A stretch of DNA of 60,177 nucleotides, filler included, from Hausera hauseri (taxonomy: Eukaryota): assembly GCA_046269625.1 (NCBI GenBank). It is 12 parts of 12 records of this genome, joined end to end, with 100 filler letters (N's around TTAATTAATTAA, not from the genome) between each part and the next. Parts side by side here need not be neighbours in the genome. Positions count along the whole stretch, not along the records: positions 10,460 to 16,312 come from JBJURY010179306.1; positions 16,413 to 21,082 come from JBJURY010482020.1; positions 21,183 to 25,479 come from JBJURY010649997.1; 9 more parts are not named here. One strand, 5' to 3'. Made by a program: the position numbers and the translations under genes. The notes under the pieces are model-generated. The model did no database searches. It had not been told where the DNA came from and saw only the letters and a program-made list of their open reading frames with translations. Positions 12,478 to 25,579 of the stretch are shown here, one piece after another (within the stretch, counting starts at the first letter, position 1; the number at the start of each line of letters is the position of its first letter).

Positions 12478-13558
12478 TGTAACGGTGCGAACACTGTTTT
12501 TCTATACCATTTACCTCAGTTTCTCATTTTAAACTTTTATAGTACAAAATCCATTTAAATAGTACGCCTTCAATCAAAGATACTAGAATAGAAAACAAAA
12601 CAACAACTGCTAACCAAAGCCTACGGATTGAGCTGGAACTGCATCTGTTTCATATTAACCCCGCTAACCTTACATTAATATAACGAAAATATCAAATCTG
12701 ACTTTACAACAATTAACAGAAAACAAAAACATGATTAAGCGAAAAGCCGAATGTTCAAAGTACATTCTCAATAAAACTCTTGAACAACAGAACTGTTAAG
12801 TTTATGGGTTATGAAAGAAGCTTGGGTTTCACAACCCTAAGCTTAACTTACTTATTTTAAGAAAAGTCTAGGGTTTCTCCTTCCCACTAGACTTACGGGT
12901 TAATATATTTATTCTTAAAAGCAGCCTGTGGGGTCTGCTTAGATTATTTGCCCTTATGGTGGGTTCGGTCAGGAGGTACACTGGCCGAAGGAAGACCCCT
13001 TAATTACAAAAGTTTATAAGTTACCCGACAATTACAGGTCGGGAGAAAAGAAGGGTTTTTAAGTTAATTTCTTTAGTTAGTCAATATAACTCTTATTTAA
13101 TGTAACTCGAAAGAATAACAAAAACAAAACAATTATGAAAATTTAATGATAGCTAGAAAATCTTAAACAATTATATAAATTAAAAATATCAACATACAAA
13201 TAGTGTAACGAAAATGGGTAATAAATAAGAACTTACATGAATCGTAAAATAACGTCATTAACAACAAGTTTTTATTGAATTGTTCTAAGAAATAAACCAG
13301 TATTTATAGTCCACAAAGAATGTAGGAATTCAATAGAAATTAGAGAAAATTGCAATCACAATAAAATGAATTAGAGTTAAATGTGAGAGAATTAAAATTT
13401 ATAAACAAGTGTCTGGTCTAGATCAGATCACAATAATAAAAATGCTAACACACGTAAAATCAAATGTCGATATTTCGAACAAGGTTACAAATATTATTGT
13501 CTTAAATTTTAAATGTCACTGATTAAATGTCACTGATTTGTTTGACACCTCCCTTTCC
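12478..13558 (-). repeat. PPT (GGAAAGGGAGG, 13548-13558) and 3' LTR starting TGTCAAAC at 13547; far end near 12478 is tentative
   Basis: PPT directly followed by TG; TATAAATA near 13301-13308 and AATAAA near 13271-13276 on the minus strand. Confidence 0.65.
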
Positions 13559-16312
13559 AGATGAAGGCGTCCGCGGCTTCAGAGTTCGAGTTTCGATTGA
13601 TCCATCTGGGTAAAGATAATTGGCGGGGACTAGAATTCCCCATTGGCCTTCACGTTTAACACGTTTTCTTATAGTAATTGTTTGTTTCGCTGAACCTGGT
13701 CGTTTTGTTGGTTTGGTTAGATCAATATAGGTAGTAAGATCCTCAGACTGATCAGAAGTTGTATGGGGTAGGGGAATCGATTCGACAGAGTTGTCTTTAT
13801 TTACTTTTCTCTGAAAAGATGACTGTTCGGATGGAAAGGCGAATGTTTGTTCGGAATTTAAACTCGTAGTCGTTGGGATTAGGCTTTTATCAGCATTTTC
13901 TTGTACACTTAAAGGATTTTCAATTTCCATGGGCAAGGTTGAAACATTCGTTTTTATTTGATTTTGATATTCTTTCGTTAATTTATAAATTTCTAATATA
14001 ACTTTAGCTTTGCTTCTTGATCTTTGGGGATAGATGCCACCATTATACTTGCTAAGCAAACTTTTGGCTGTAGCTTCTTGTTTAGGGTTTATTGTTTTGT
14101 TATATAACAAATCACAAAATCCTAACACTTTCTGATAATCCTGTATAAGGATATTTTCAAATGTTTGGTATAAATCTAGTCCCACAATATGTTTTCCAAC
14201 TAGATGTTTCTTAATGGTTGAGCGTATTAGGATTAAGTCTTCTTTACCAACAATATCCGGTTCCTTTAGGCCGGTAAAATGGCTATTATAATTGTCCACC
14301 CTGTCACGAGGGCAGATTATTTTATCCATTACTTCTTTACCATTAATATCCATGATGGTAATTTCTACTAGAGCCATTTCTTTTCTAATAGGGCTCATTA
14401 GATATACGAAATTCACTGCTAATATTATAACGTCCTCACCAGATATAGTATGTGATCGTATAAACGATGTGCCTTTTTCCATTACGGATACATTCGGAGC
14501 TGTTATCGGATATGTCGGAACTTCTATATCCAATCGGGGTACGAATTCACTTCTCATCGCTTCAATATATATGATTGGACAAGGCCCTCCATAAGTTCTA
14601 AGAAGAAAACTGGCGTTATTAAGGAATCTTTCATCAATTCTTATTGTATTGAGCATTGAAATTTCTATGGAATCTGATATGCCATTGGTGTTTGCCTTGC
14701 TTTTTATTAGAACACTTTCTTTAGTTACCGATATATATAGGGCCATTGTATTGTTCGAGATGGTTATTAGGTCGTTTAGGTTCGTAGATAAACTTTGTAA
14801 TTTTATGATGAGGCCTGTCCGCTGATTGACCGAATGTCCTTTTAAGTTATTAGGGATAAGGGAGGCTTTACCATAGTAAGCATAGTCTCGGTTGTTGGTT
14901 GCCATAAGGTTGGCAGTTATGTTGTAATAAAATGATTTCGGCCGCTGGACTGATTCTGAGCCTTCTTTGACTATAAATAAACATATCAATGGCAGCCAAA
15001 ATAGTTTAGGAATATATATAATTTTGTTTTTAATTTGTTTATTATAGGTTGAGAGGAATTTGGCGGCCTCATTTTGTATATGGGTGCATAGACATAGGGT
15101 AATGTCTTTTAACAATCGGTTATACCGTTTAGGGTCGGTTTGCTTATTAGCTCGCCATTCTTTATCAATATCTTTATACAGTCGGATTGACTGTTCAAAA
15201 TCAGTAGATTTTTCACCCTGTCGTTGAATATCCATAACATTTTTGTTTGAGTCGTTATTCCACTCATCTTGTGAGTTTTCCTGTAATACTTTTAATTGGC
15301 GCAACATCTTTTTAGCTTTAATTCTCCTACTTCTTATTTTCAGACAGACAATTAAGGGTGGTATTAAAATGACCGTTAATATTAAAAAAATACATAAGGT
15401 AACAATTATTACTAAATACGTATACTCCAAATTTTGGAGTTTGAGTAATACAGTAGGTTTTACGCTAATTTTTGTAGTAGTAGTTACTGATTTTAAGGTT
15501 TTCTCTATTTTCTTTCTAATTTGTAAAGTCTGCCCATCTTCATCTAATTCCGTCATAACAACCTCATAGTTTGTATCAGCTTTCAAAGGTATACAAACTG
15601 ATGTTGGTTCTTCCGGAGTTAAAACTCCTTCGCTGATCATTTTATGATTGAGATAACACTCAAATTTTACGTTTGTATTCCTTAAATTTGACACAGTGAT
15701 GATGAGAGAGTATGGCGTGGACTGTACAGTTACGTCTAATTCTCTAATTATGTTCATAACTCTAGTCGATTTCTGAGTCATTATATTCATGGTAGAGGTC
15801 ATTGTTACATTGGTAGAAATCATTATTATTTGTGGGGATTTCACGATTACTTCTGGACCTATTAATCCATCCGACCATTTCCAACCGCCATTCGTTTTCA
15901 ATCCTGTCCAGTACCATATCATATATTCCTTATCAAAGGATATGGGACAACATAGATAAGGATTTTGATAGAAAGGTCTACACTCTATCGTATCGGTTTT
16001 ATTGAATATTGTATATTTAATTGTTCGATATCTATTTATTGGAGAATCTGGTTCAGCTGTTACGCATGGTCCGTTCTTCATGATTTTTGTATGGAATGTT
16101 ACAAGAAAATCTGGTTTACTAAAATAGTATATTACACCCGGAAACGAGTAATACGATGTGTACCATTTCCCGTCTATTATTTTTGTAAGGGCATATTGAA
16201 TTCTATATGACACCCCATATGATAAACCACAACAGATGTGATTAGAACGTCCTGCATACAAGTCACAAGATTCAGTGATCACTTGTCGTGATGTAGATAC
16301 TTTTGATATATA
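13523..16312 (-). CDS. Retrotransposon accessory type-I membrane protein, >919 aa, 5'-truncated: Cys/FN3-like ectodomain repeats, TM (~15340-15420), inactive REX4/ISG20-like DEDDh exonuclease fold (~13980-14440)
   Basis: Uninterrupted ORF open to the contig end that runs through the PPT into the LTR; TM YLVIIVTLCIFLILTVILIPPLIVCL followed by a basic stop-transfer; EITIMDINGKEVMDKIICPRDRVDNYNSHFTGLKEPDI..LVGKHIVG resembles the REX4 core. Confidence 0.8.
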   Translation of the reverse strand, partial: YISKVSTSRQVITESCDLYAGRSNHICCGLSYGVSYRIQYALTKIIDGKWYTSYYSFPGVIYYFSKPDFLVTFHTKIMKNGPCVTAEPDSPINRYRTIKYTIFNKTDTIECRPFYQNPYLCCPISFDKEYMIWYWTGLKTNGGWKWSDGLIGPEVIVKSPQIIMISTNVTMTSTMNIMTQKSTRVMNIIRELDVTVQSTPYSLIITVSNLRNTNVKFECYLNHKMISEGVLTPEEPTSVCIPLKADTNYEVVMTELDEDGQTLQIRKKIEKTLKSVTTTTKISVKPTVLLKLQNLEYTYLVIIVTLCIFLILTVILIPPLIVCLKIRSRRIKAKKMLRQLKVLQENSQDEWNNDSNKNVMDIQRQGEKSTDFEQSIRLYKDIDKEWRANKQTDPKRYNRLLKDITLCLCTHIQNEAAKFLSTYNKQIKNKIIYIPKLFWLPLICLFIVKEGSESVQRPKSFYYNITANLMATNNRDYAYYGKASLIPNNLKGHSVNQRTGLIIKLQSLSTNLNDLITISNNTMALYISVTKESVLIKSKANTNGISDSIEISMLNTIRIDERFLNNASFLLRTYGGPCPIIYIEAMRSEFVPRLDIEVPTYPITAPNVSVMEKGTSFIRSHTISGEDVIILAVNFVYLMSPIRKEMALVEITIMDINGKEVMDKIICPRDRVDNYNSHFTGLKEPDIVGKEDLILIRSTIKKHLVGKHIVGLDLYQTFENILIQDYQKVLGFCDLLYNKTINPKQEATAKSLLSKYNGGIYPQRSRSKAKVILEIYKLTKEYQNQIKTNVSTLPMEIENPLSVQENADKSLIPTTTSLNSEQTFAFPSEQSSFQRKVNKDNSVESIPLPHTTSDQSEDLTTYIDLTKPTKRPGSAKQTITIRKRVKREGQWGILVPANYLYPDGSIETRTLKPRTPSSGKGGVKQISDI

Positions 16313-16599
16313 NNNNNNNNNNNNNNNNNNNNNNNNNNNNNNNNNNNNNNNNNNNNTTAATTAATTAANNNNNNNNNNNNNNNNNNNNNNNNNNNNNNNN
16401 NNNNNNNNNNNNTAATCGAACAACAAACGGATGACTCTATTTCAGTTGCTGTTCAATCTACGCTCCTAAAATTTTACAGTATGATTACTATGAAACTCTG
16501 CAGGTCTAACACGAACAAATTTTTAAAATTTTAGCTTGTAGAGGGTGGTGAGAGCAAATATAGGAGTTCCGACGTTAACAATTTGTAATTTGAAATAAT

Positions 16600-18060
16600 G
16601 CTGTTACTACATTATGGTGTTCCATTTCCGTTGGGTTTACCAGACAGTGAGAAATAAGCCATTAAAGTTATTGAAAACGAAAATAATGTTTTTATTAAAG
16701 CGAAATTGGCATATTAAAACGATAAGATTGTAGAAAATAATTCTGACATCAATTTTTTGGCCCCCGTAACTTAAGTCTTATACGTCATTGAGTAAACGAA
16801 ATACGCCAAATGGGCGATGGAAACAATAATGAATGTGCCGATGAATTTAAAGAAGGAAAGCTTTGTTTTGAAATATAATGCGAAACAATACAATTTGTAT
16901 CGACGGTGGTTAATATCGCGCCAATTACTGTAACCGAAGCACCAAATGTTGCGCTATTTCAAAGAAAAATACCGATGATTAAATATAAAATATGGAAATT
17001 CCACAATTGATTTTTGTGAAATAACGCCAACTCCTGGCACCCGATACCTCGATCACGTGACTACGCTGTATTAAATATAAATGATATCACAATTGGCGAC
17101 ATATGGTTTGATGGCAGATGATGGGGAATTACCTTTTACTTCTTATTTAATAATTTCCTCGACAGTAATTAATAATTTAATTGCATGAAGAAAGTAAGAA
17201 ACGTTTCCTACGCCAAAATGGAATATTAAAAGGATAAGATTGTTAAGAAGAACTCTGACATCAATTATTTTTAGCTCCAGTGATTTAAAATGCGTATACG
17301 TCATTGAGTAAGAGATGCTCTAAATTGGCGGTGAATACAATAATTAATGCGGTGATGATTTGAAATGTAATTTTAAATTAACCAGTTAGGATGCCACAAA
17401 TGGAAAATAACGCGGCAATTATGGTAACTGAATGAGTAATCCTCGAGGTAATCATATAGTTGAAACATCGATGGTTAAAACTACAGTCTGCGGGTTTAAT
17501 AATGAAGTTGCGTGAAACAGCGCCAACTGTTGACCGTTAAAAAGTAGCACCAACTTCTGGTAGTAATGCGTCAATTACGATAACCGAGTGTTTACTCCTC
17601 GCGCTATTTATACAATTGGAACACCAATGGTTAAAATTTTATTTCTCTAGCATTGATAATACAGGTATTTTATAAAAAATCGCCAACTGCTGGGGGTAGT
17701 AAATGAATGATAACGCGTTAATTATGGTACCCGAAAGATTTATCGTCGGCTTAAGTATTATACAAATAAAATACCGCGGATTAAATATGAAGTCTGTGGG
17801 GTATATATTGAGGTTGCGTGGAATAGCGCTAACTGCTGCACGGTTATGAAGGTAAACTGAAATGCCGGCAGTAATGAGTGGAAAATAATGCGCCAGTTAT
17901 GTTCACAAAATGATTAATCCTCGCGTTAAATATTCAATTAAAATACCGATGGGTGAGATTTTACTTCTCTGTGGTTGATATGAAATATTACGTTATAAAG
18001 AATCGCCAACTACTGGCAGTAACAGACGCTAAATATTGCATCAATTATGATAAACGAATA
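16600..18060. repeat. Diverged tandem satellite-like array (units roughly 120-190 bp)
   Basis: Recurrent motifs CGCG(T/C)CAATTA..(G/A)TAACCGA, AAATACCGATG..TAAA and CGCCAACT. Confidence 0.75.
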
Positions 18061-18166
18061 ACGCCCCTTCTCCCGTATTCCGTATTGGATTTCTGATATT
18101 TTTTTTGTTATTAAAAGAAGACCACGTGTAAGGAAAAAAAAGACTTGGTTGAAATTTCCTTCCTTA

Positions 18167-18195
18167 CCCGTGCAACGCCGGGACACGCTGCTAGT
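18167..18195 (+). mobile_element. Helitron 3' terminus
   Basis: GC hairpin CCCGTGCAACGCCGGG, 8 nt, then CTAG followed by T. Confidence 0.75.
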
Positions 18196-21182
18196 TTTAT
18201 ATATAAATCTCCTAAAATGAATTCATATTTTTCTTGATTTAATTTTCAAGGTACACATATTGTAGAAGTGGATTTAGCCAACATATTTGACCTTATCATA
18301 ATTTGCTTCTTAAAAACAACAGTCAAAATGCACTACAGCACTATATCCATGTTTATTATACCTATTATTAACACTATTAATTAAAAACATTGTGCATAGG
18401 GAGATTGAATTTATCAAAAGTCTTTTGATGTTAAAAAAAATGTATAATAGATGTAGTTTGGTTTGTTACTCTATGGGTCTTTTTCAGCACATGAAGGCTA
18501 TGTGGACCAGAACCCAGGGGGACATGTACCTCCCCCCAAAAAAATTCTGAATCTGTGCCTGCTGGGACCAATTACTTAAAGTGGAATTTGGATCACTATA
18601 AATATCCATCCCTGCACTGAAATCAGAAACTAGTAGAGCCTATTGTAGAGTTTTTATTTTTTCATTTGTTTATTTTAAAAGATTACATTTTCACAGTGCT
18701 TTGAAATTGGGGAATAAAAGAAAAATTTTAAGTGAACTTCAAGGCTCTTCTGAAAAGTGAAATATCCGAGTGAGGTATCCATGTATTTTTACTTGATGTC
18801 CAAAAGAAAACACTCAGATGAACTGTGTAAGTAATTAATTATACAGAATCAATTCACAAAAAAAAAAAAAAACTCCATTGTTTATTCCCCATTCAATTAT
18901 GGACTAAAGCCAAAAACTTTCAATTTCATTATTTATGTTAAGGATTAAAGTGTGTGTATACATTTCAATTTGGCTGTTTGTCTGGTTATTCGGAAGGAGC
19001 AGCTTAATGACAATGAGTTGTTATAGAGCTATGCTTCCCCCAAGAGTGAGAAACACTAATTTTTTCCGTGAGAACTGGAAAACCAATCATTACCATAAAT
19101 TCATAGCAACACTCGAGTGGACCAAACAAGATATCCACAACAAGTGATTTGATGCCTAACCAGCTTGTGGTATGACCGATACACCAAGGAGAGTGAAACT
19201 GGAATGGAGAAGGCGAGAGAACAGAAGGATCACTGTGCCCGATGTAAAAATTAAATAACTATTTAATTTTTATATAATCTTGAAGACCTCAGCTCACACA
19301 AGTGTTGTCTACTAAAGCAAGATAGATGGGAATCTCCCTATATGTAATGATTTCTCCATCAATCCACTATGTTCAGAGAAATTTTGCAATCCTCCTTCGT
19401 CTAGGAAATATGCATTATTGCTGTTTTATGTTTGCAAAATCAGATTCAAATTCAATTCTGATCCAGTTGTTTCCTGGATGTGCCTCCTAATACAAAAGAG
19501 AGTGGTATGATAAGAATTTTTGTGTATGTGCGTACTTATTGTAGGGTGTTGAAGAGCACAGCCAGCATAGGCACCAACTTAGGGGAGAAGGTCCTACCCC
19601 CCCCAATTTATTAAATTTTTACTATATTCGCTATGAGACTGAAATCTCATAGCAAATCCCCTCCCCCTCAATATATCAATATATTTTAGCAGTCTGTGCC
19701 TATGACAGCCAGAATTTTTTTTACATGGGGGGGGGCAAAATTAAAGCATCAAATTAGCAGCAGTAATATTACTTTTTTTACCAAAATGACATTTTGCTGC
19801 TAAAATCAGGATGTGACTTTTTTATTCAAAAAAATATATATAAAAAGATGATGTTTGTCTGTCTGTGATATGTTTCTTTACTTCTGGACCAATTTCTGCA
19901 CAATTATTAATAATTCTACATATTTTTAACAAATTGAATCAGCTGCAGTGAAAAAGTATCACATTTGCAGGAATAAATTAATTCTTTACTTTATGTTTAA
20001 AGTTATCGACATATTTTAGTATATTTAGAAAAGCTTGTTTACCCATAAAATTTATACATATATTATCCAGGGGGTGATATACACATGGTCTTGTGACCAT
20101 ATAGTTCATCACCAGGGGAAATTAAATTGTGCCTCCTTCTTGGGCCAGGGAGTCTGTGCCCTGGGTTGTAATGCAGGAGAATCTATTCCCAGCTGTGTTG
20201 CTCCAAACTGAGCTTTTGATCGGTGAGCAAGTCTGTTTCTGGGTTTTCAATATACACATACTATATCACTATTTTCTAAATATATAAAGTGAATATTTTT
20301 AATAATGGAACGCTGGCTCTATAAATTTATATGTGCCTAATAAGAAAATTCCATTGAAGGAAAATTTTTCTTAAAAGTGTAATCTGAGATGAAGATAACA
20401 ACAGGATTAGAAATCTGAAAACACAGTACAATCACAATACAATGTAAGATTTTGTTCATATTATCAAATACATTATTGATTAAAAATTCTTTTCAACCAT
20501 ATTATTGATTTAAAAAAAAATATCTTGGAAACTATACAGTGAATCAAATTTGCTTCCTCTGGGTCTTTCTTTCAATGCACTGAAAACTTGCAGGGAAATA
20601 CACATAGCAGTTCGTACTTTAAACAAGCTACTAAATGAAGTTTCCCAACGAGTTATTTTTAATAGTGCAATTTTAATTCAAATGGAAATGGCAACTTTCA
20701 TCAAAATCTGGAAGAAAAAAAAAAAATATATATGTTAAATATTTTTAATACTATGCTAAATATTCTAAATTCAAGTGGTCTGAAACATTAATTCTTTTCT
20801 TAAAATCCTATTCCAAAGCATTTAACTTTTAAATTACCAGTTTCAATTAAATACAAGCCCTTTTTCATTTTTAATTCAATATAATCCCTTTTTCGATTTT
20901 CCCCTCTTCAATACATTTCTGTTTTTGGAAGTCCATTCTAGCTTGATTACAGCTAAATTATCAACGCAATGTAAGAATGTTTCGATTTCCAAGTCGTGTG
21001 CGACGGACTGTCTGGCACCTATCTTGGCTTGAACCTGCGATGCCATTTTAAAAGCATTATCAATAAATCTCACTTTTGTTTTNNNNNNNNNNNNNNNNNN
21101 NNNNNNNNNNNNNNNNNNNNNNNNNNTTAATTAATTAANNNNNNNNNNNNNNNNNNNNNNNNNNNNNNNNNNNNNNNNNNNN

Positions 21183-21720
21183 AATAGTTGTGTGGTGTGG
21201 AAATTTATAAAAGGGATTTGTGTTGAGATTGATACCTGAAATTTCGATATCATGTTCTAAGAATTGAGCGATAAATGGATCGAGTAAAAATACATAGGAA
21301 GTTTCTAATATAGTCATCTCCTGATAACTAGGAACATGAAGGAACATATTGGGTTCCCAAATAATAGTATTCGTATCATTAGCTCTCAATATCGCATAAT
21401 AGGTGTACGTCATTATGTAAGTAACGGGACAGCATACTTTGTTATGCATCTCCATGATCGTACAAACGAAGGAGATGTTGTGTTTTGATATAAAGGCGAA
21501 ATCGACAGCGTGGTGTAGCATTACCCGTGTGTGTGTCCGGAGGCAAATACTGAGTTTATGTTTGTCAATTCTGGTGATTGTAGCACGTTCGATTAATTCA
21601 GTGTTGGTCGCAGGTGTTTTGTAGCCATGGGTGTCCGTAATAGGTAATAAGATTGCCATAAAATGAATAGAATGATGCCCAAGTATTTATTCAAGTTGAG
21701 ATAAACTGGGTAACGCTTTG
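21183..21720 (-). CDS. N-terminal part of the accessory Cys-rich ectodomain ORF downstream of integrase (truncated by contig end)
   Basis: Directly downstream of the integrase GPY module; contains VCTIMEMHNKVCCPV, the same C-x9-CC motif as the other two accessory ORFs. Confidence 0.55.
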
Positions 21721-24700
21721 AGGTACCCATGAGGTGAGTTTTAAGCAAAGCTAATATTTTAGGTTCCTCAGTTTAAGATGTTCCCAATTCTGTCACTCGT
21801 ATAAATTCGTTGTATAAAATCGGTGCTCCAGTTACACGTTCAGCGGACGTGGCTTCATGCATACCGGGTCCTTTCTGAATAAAAAGTGTTTGCGGGCGCA
21901 CAGCAACACCTTTGTACGGTCCTTGACCCGTTCGTGTTCATTTTAACGATTTGCCTTTCATTACAGTGAAGTAGTTTATCATTATGTAATCTGCGATCTT
22001 ATAAGTATGCGGTCGATCCTTTTTATTGAATTGCTTTTTATATCCAGCTCTATATTTTTCTTCAAACTCTTTTGCTTCTCGTTGAAAGTACTCGAGGAGT
22101 TCTAGCAGAATGTGTTATTGTTCATCCATGTGATCACTTGTCAGCAAGGATGATAATAGTAACTCAGTGTCTAAGAGTAATAATAGCAATCGTCCGAACA
22201 TTAATTCAAAAGGAGAATGATTAGTACTTTAGATTGGTGTAGTAATGATTGCAAAGGCCGTGGCTTTTAAGTGAGCATCCCAATCCTTTTGATCATGTGC
22301 TACCTTTGTAGAAAGAATACCCTGAACGATGCGGTTCATCCTTTCGACCACACCATTACACTGTGGATGGTAAGATGTTGTTAGGAGATGTTTACATTGA
22401 ATGATATTCGATAATTTTTTGAAAAATTGGCTGATAAAATATGGTGCATGACCTGTAAGTAATTGTTTCGGAGTGCCTAATACTGCTACAACTTCATCGG
22501 AAAAGGCTTCTGCCACAATACTACTAGTCATGTTTCTCAGTGGTACTAGTACAACGTAACGAGAAAAATAATCAACAAGTGACAGTATGTATTTGTACCC
22601 TGAGTCAGAAGCTAGGAATGGTTCATGGATATTCATTGAACACACTTCCATTGGTTTCCTAGCTTCAGGTAAACTTCCCCAAAAGGGTTTTATTCAAAAC
22701 CCTCTGTCTTTTCTTGTAGCATACATTTTTATGAACGTACCCATCCCTCAATATGTTTATATATTTGAGGCCAATAATATTTTGCGGTTATACGCTTTAA
22801 TGTCTTATTCATAGACAGATGATCGGCCAAGTGAGAATCATGCTCCTGTGGCATAACCGCCTTAATTGCCGATGTGGGTACAATAATTAAACCTTGCTCA
22901 CCAACTTTTAGTCTTAAAATACCATTTTCAATTTCTAAATTATCTTTATTTTTGTCATAAAATTTTTGAATGTGGTTTGACACTGGGTCAACTATCTGCC
23001 CGTTAATCAAGTGTTTAACTTGTCTAATAAATGCATCCTGATTTTGTAAAGTCTCGATATTTTGAACTTGGTTTAATCGTTGTTCTTGTAACATATCGTT
23101 AATAATTTTCTCATTCAGTATTTTGTTGTTTCTGTTAACTAATGATTTATGAACCGCGGCTACCCTTCTTGCTTATAATATTCTAGAAAGCGCATCTGCG
23201 TCTACATTCTTTTTACCTGGGCGATATCGATATTCAAGGTAATAATTTAGAAGTTCCAATTTCCATCTTTGCAGTCAACTTAATACGTGTCTGTTGTTGG
23301 AACGTAAAGACTTTATGGCCATAAACATAATACTCATAATGTCGTAGTCAATCTCGAATTGCTAAGAGCTCTAGTTTAGTGGTTCAGTATTTCCGTTCAG
23401 CTTTATTTAAACTTCGTCCTCCATAGGCGACCACGTGCTCTGTTGTTTCATCTTAATTTTGCTGAGCTAATATATAACTAATAGCTTTGCTACTAGCGTC
23501 GGTTTTCAGAATAAATGGTAATGAAAAATCTGGGTATCTCAATATTGATGCTGACACCATTCGTCTATTTATCTCGTCAAAGACATTTTGGTTCTCATCA
23601 GTCCATTCCTATTTTGGTCCTTTCGTAATAACTTGTATTGTGGATGGTTAATTTCAGCAAAGTCACGTATGAAAGTAGCATAAAATCCTCCCAATCCTAA
23701 CCAGGCTTTCATTTCATGCACATTGGTTGCAGAGGTTTGTTCCAATATTTTGGCTACAAAATCGGGGCTGGTTGATATCCATTTACTCGAAACGACAAAT
23801 CCCAGGTATCTAACCTCCTTCTTACACCATTCACATTTTTGGGGTTTAATTTCAATTTAGCAAGTCTGATCCGATCAAATACTTCCTTTAATTCCGCTAA
23901 ATGTGCAGATCATGTCTTGGATGCTATGAGGATGTCGTCAATGTACTATAGCTCCGCACTGCTTTTAGTACTAAACGAATAAATTCTTGGAAGAAAGTAT
24001 GTGTCGTTTTTAAACCATATGGCATGCGTGTGAATTGATAGACTGCTGTATGGATTTTGAACGCAGTTTTCCACCGATCCTCTTTGGCTACAGGGATTTG
24101 CCAAAACCCACTTTACAAATCTAATATGGTCAAATATTTACAATCTTTAATTCATTAATGATGCCTCGTATTCGAGGAATTGGATAAGCGTGATTCACTA
24201 AGTGTTTATTTAAGGTAACGTAATTTACACACATGCACTGTTTAGTCGTATTAGTTTTCTTGACCATAACTATGGGAGAGGGCCATGGTGATTCACTTGG
24301 TTCTATGATACCTTTATCGAACATTGCTTGAATTTGTTCCTCAACTTCCTTTCGGAGGAGGATACCATTTGATATTCGTTGTTGTAATAAATCTACCTCT
24401 TTTCCGGTTGTGGGATCGACCATAAATGATAATCTAAGTTCGAATAAATCTGTTCGTCCGATATCCGTATCGTTTATGGCAAAAATATCAAGGTACTCAC
24501 GAATGAGATCTGAGAAATTCCCTAAAAATTTATTTGATAAAATTTTCTAGGCTTTAGCAAGAACGACATTAAATGTGTCTTCAACATTTTCTTGTTCCGC
24601 AGTTGAGATCATTGTAACTTTGTTGTCGTATTTCTCATGGCGTGTAGTTTCAAGGGATTGTCCAATTTTTGTTTTAGTGAATTTCGTGACACATTTTGGA

Positions 24701-25479
24701 GCGGTATTTAGAACTTCTACCAAAACCGTTCTCGCAATTACCTTAATGCAATAATGTGGTAATATTAATCCATTTCGAAGAGTTTTTGGTATAGACTCAA
24801 TTACACTATTGTCTGTGTATACCGTCCGTGCATGTATAACAAACATGGAATTGGGTGGTATTTTCTCAACATGTCCTACTCAAATATCTGCTTTGTTATA
24901 TTTAAGGGGGATATCTTCGCTGTTTGGACAAACTGATCACGATTGTAAATTTATGTGTACACCTTCTAGTTTTCGTAACACGTTCATACCTAAAATACAT
25001 CTTGGATCTAAGGTAGTCATTACATAGAAAGTTATTTTAATTCTTTGTCCGCAAATCCACGGTTCACATTTCCAATATCCATAAGGCTTGCTGCACTGTT
25101 GGAAGGCAGAAGTCGAACCAGGCGAGTCTTTAGTAGCCAATTTTATCTGAGATTGTAAGTCTTCCGGAATTGCATGTTTTGCTATTAATGCAACGTTAGC
25201 TCCGTTGTCGGCCAAGGCATTCAGGTCAAAACTATCAAAGTGAACTACTGTGTGCGGTCGATTATCCCGCAACAGCTCAAGAAACGTTAATACATCGTTA
25301 TAATTATCTATATGTGGTTCCATCAAGCTGTAACTAGCTGAACTATATCGGGTAGTGCTGCTTGATAATATGACCGTTAAACTTTCCAAAGATTCAGTAT
25401 TGTTTTCCGATCTTTTCACTCCCTCTTTGAGTTCAGCCAGGTCTGGATAGCAACTTACACGTTGCAATGTTGCGTTTTG
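21183..25479 (-). mobile_element. Degenerate Ty3/Gypsy element (PR-RT-RH-IN plus start of accessory ORF); second family, related to the contigs at 4582 and 59410
   Basis: PR LNALADNGAN (~25200), RT SPWPSPIVMVKK and MPYGLK, RH FILKTDASS, IN zinc finger and YHPQCNGVVERMNR, GQGPY. Confidence 0.93.
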
Positions 25480-25579
25480 NNNNNNNNNNNNNNNNNNNNN
25501 NNNNNNNNNNNNNNNNNNNNNNNTTAATTAATTAANNNNNNNNNNNNNNNNNNNNNNNNNNNNNNNNNNNNNNNNNNNN

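Noticed and set aside
13523-16282. Canonical retroviral or errantiviral env
   Set aside because: No recognisable furin site plus fusion peptide in the visible part; the TM is central with ~600 aa on the cytoplasmic side
20876-21073. Short ORF at the contig end as a transposase fragment
   Set aside because: No diagnostic motif recognised
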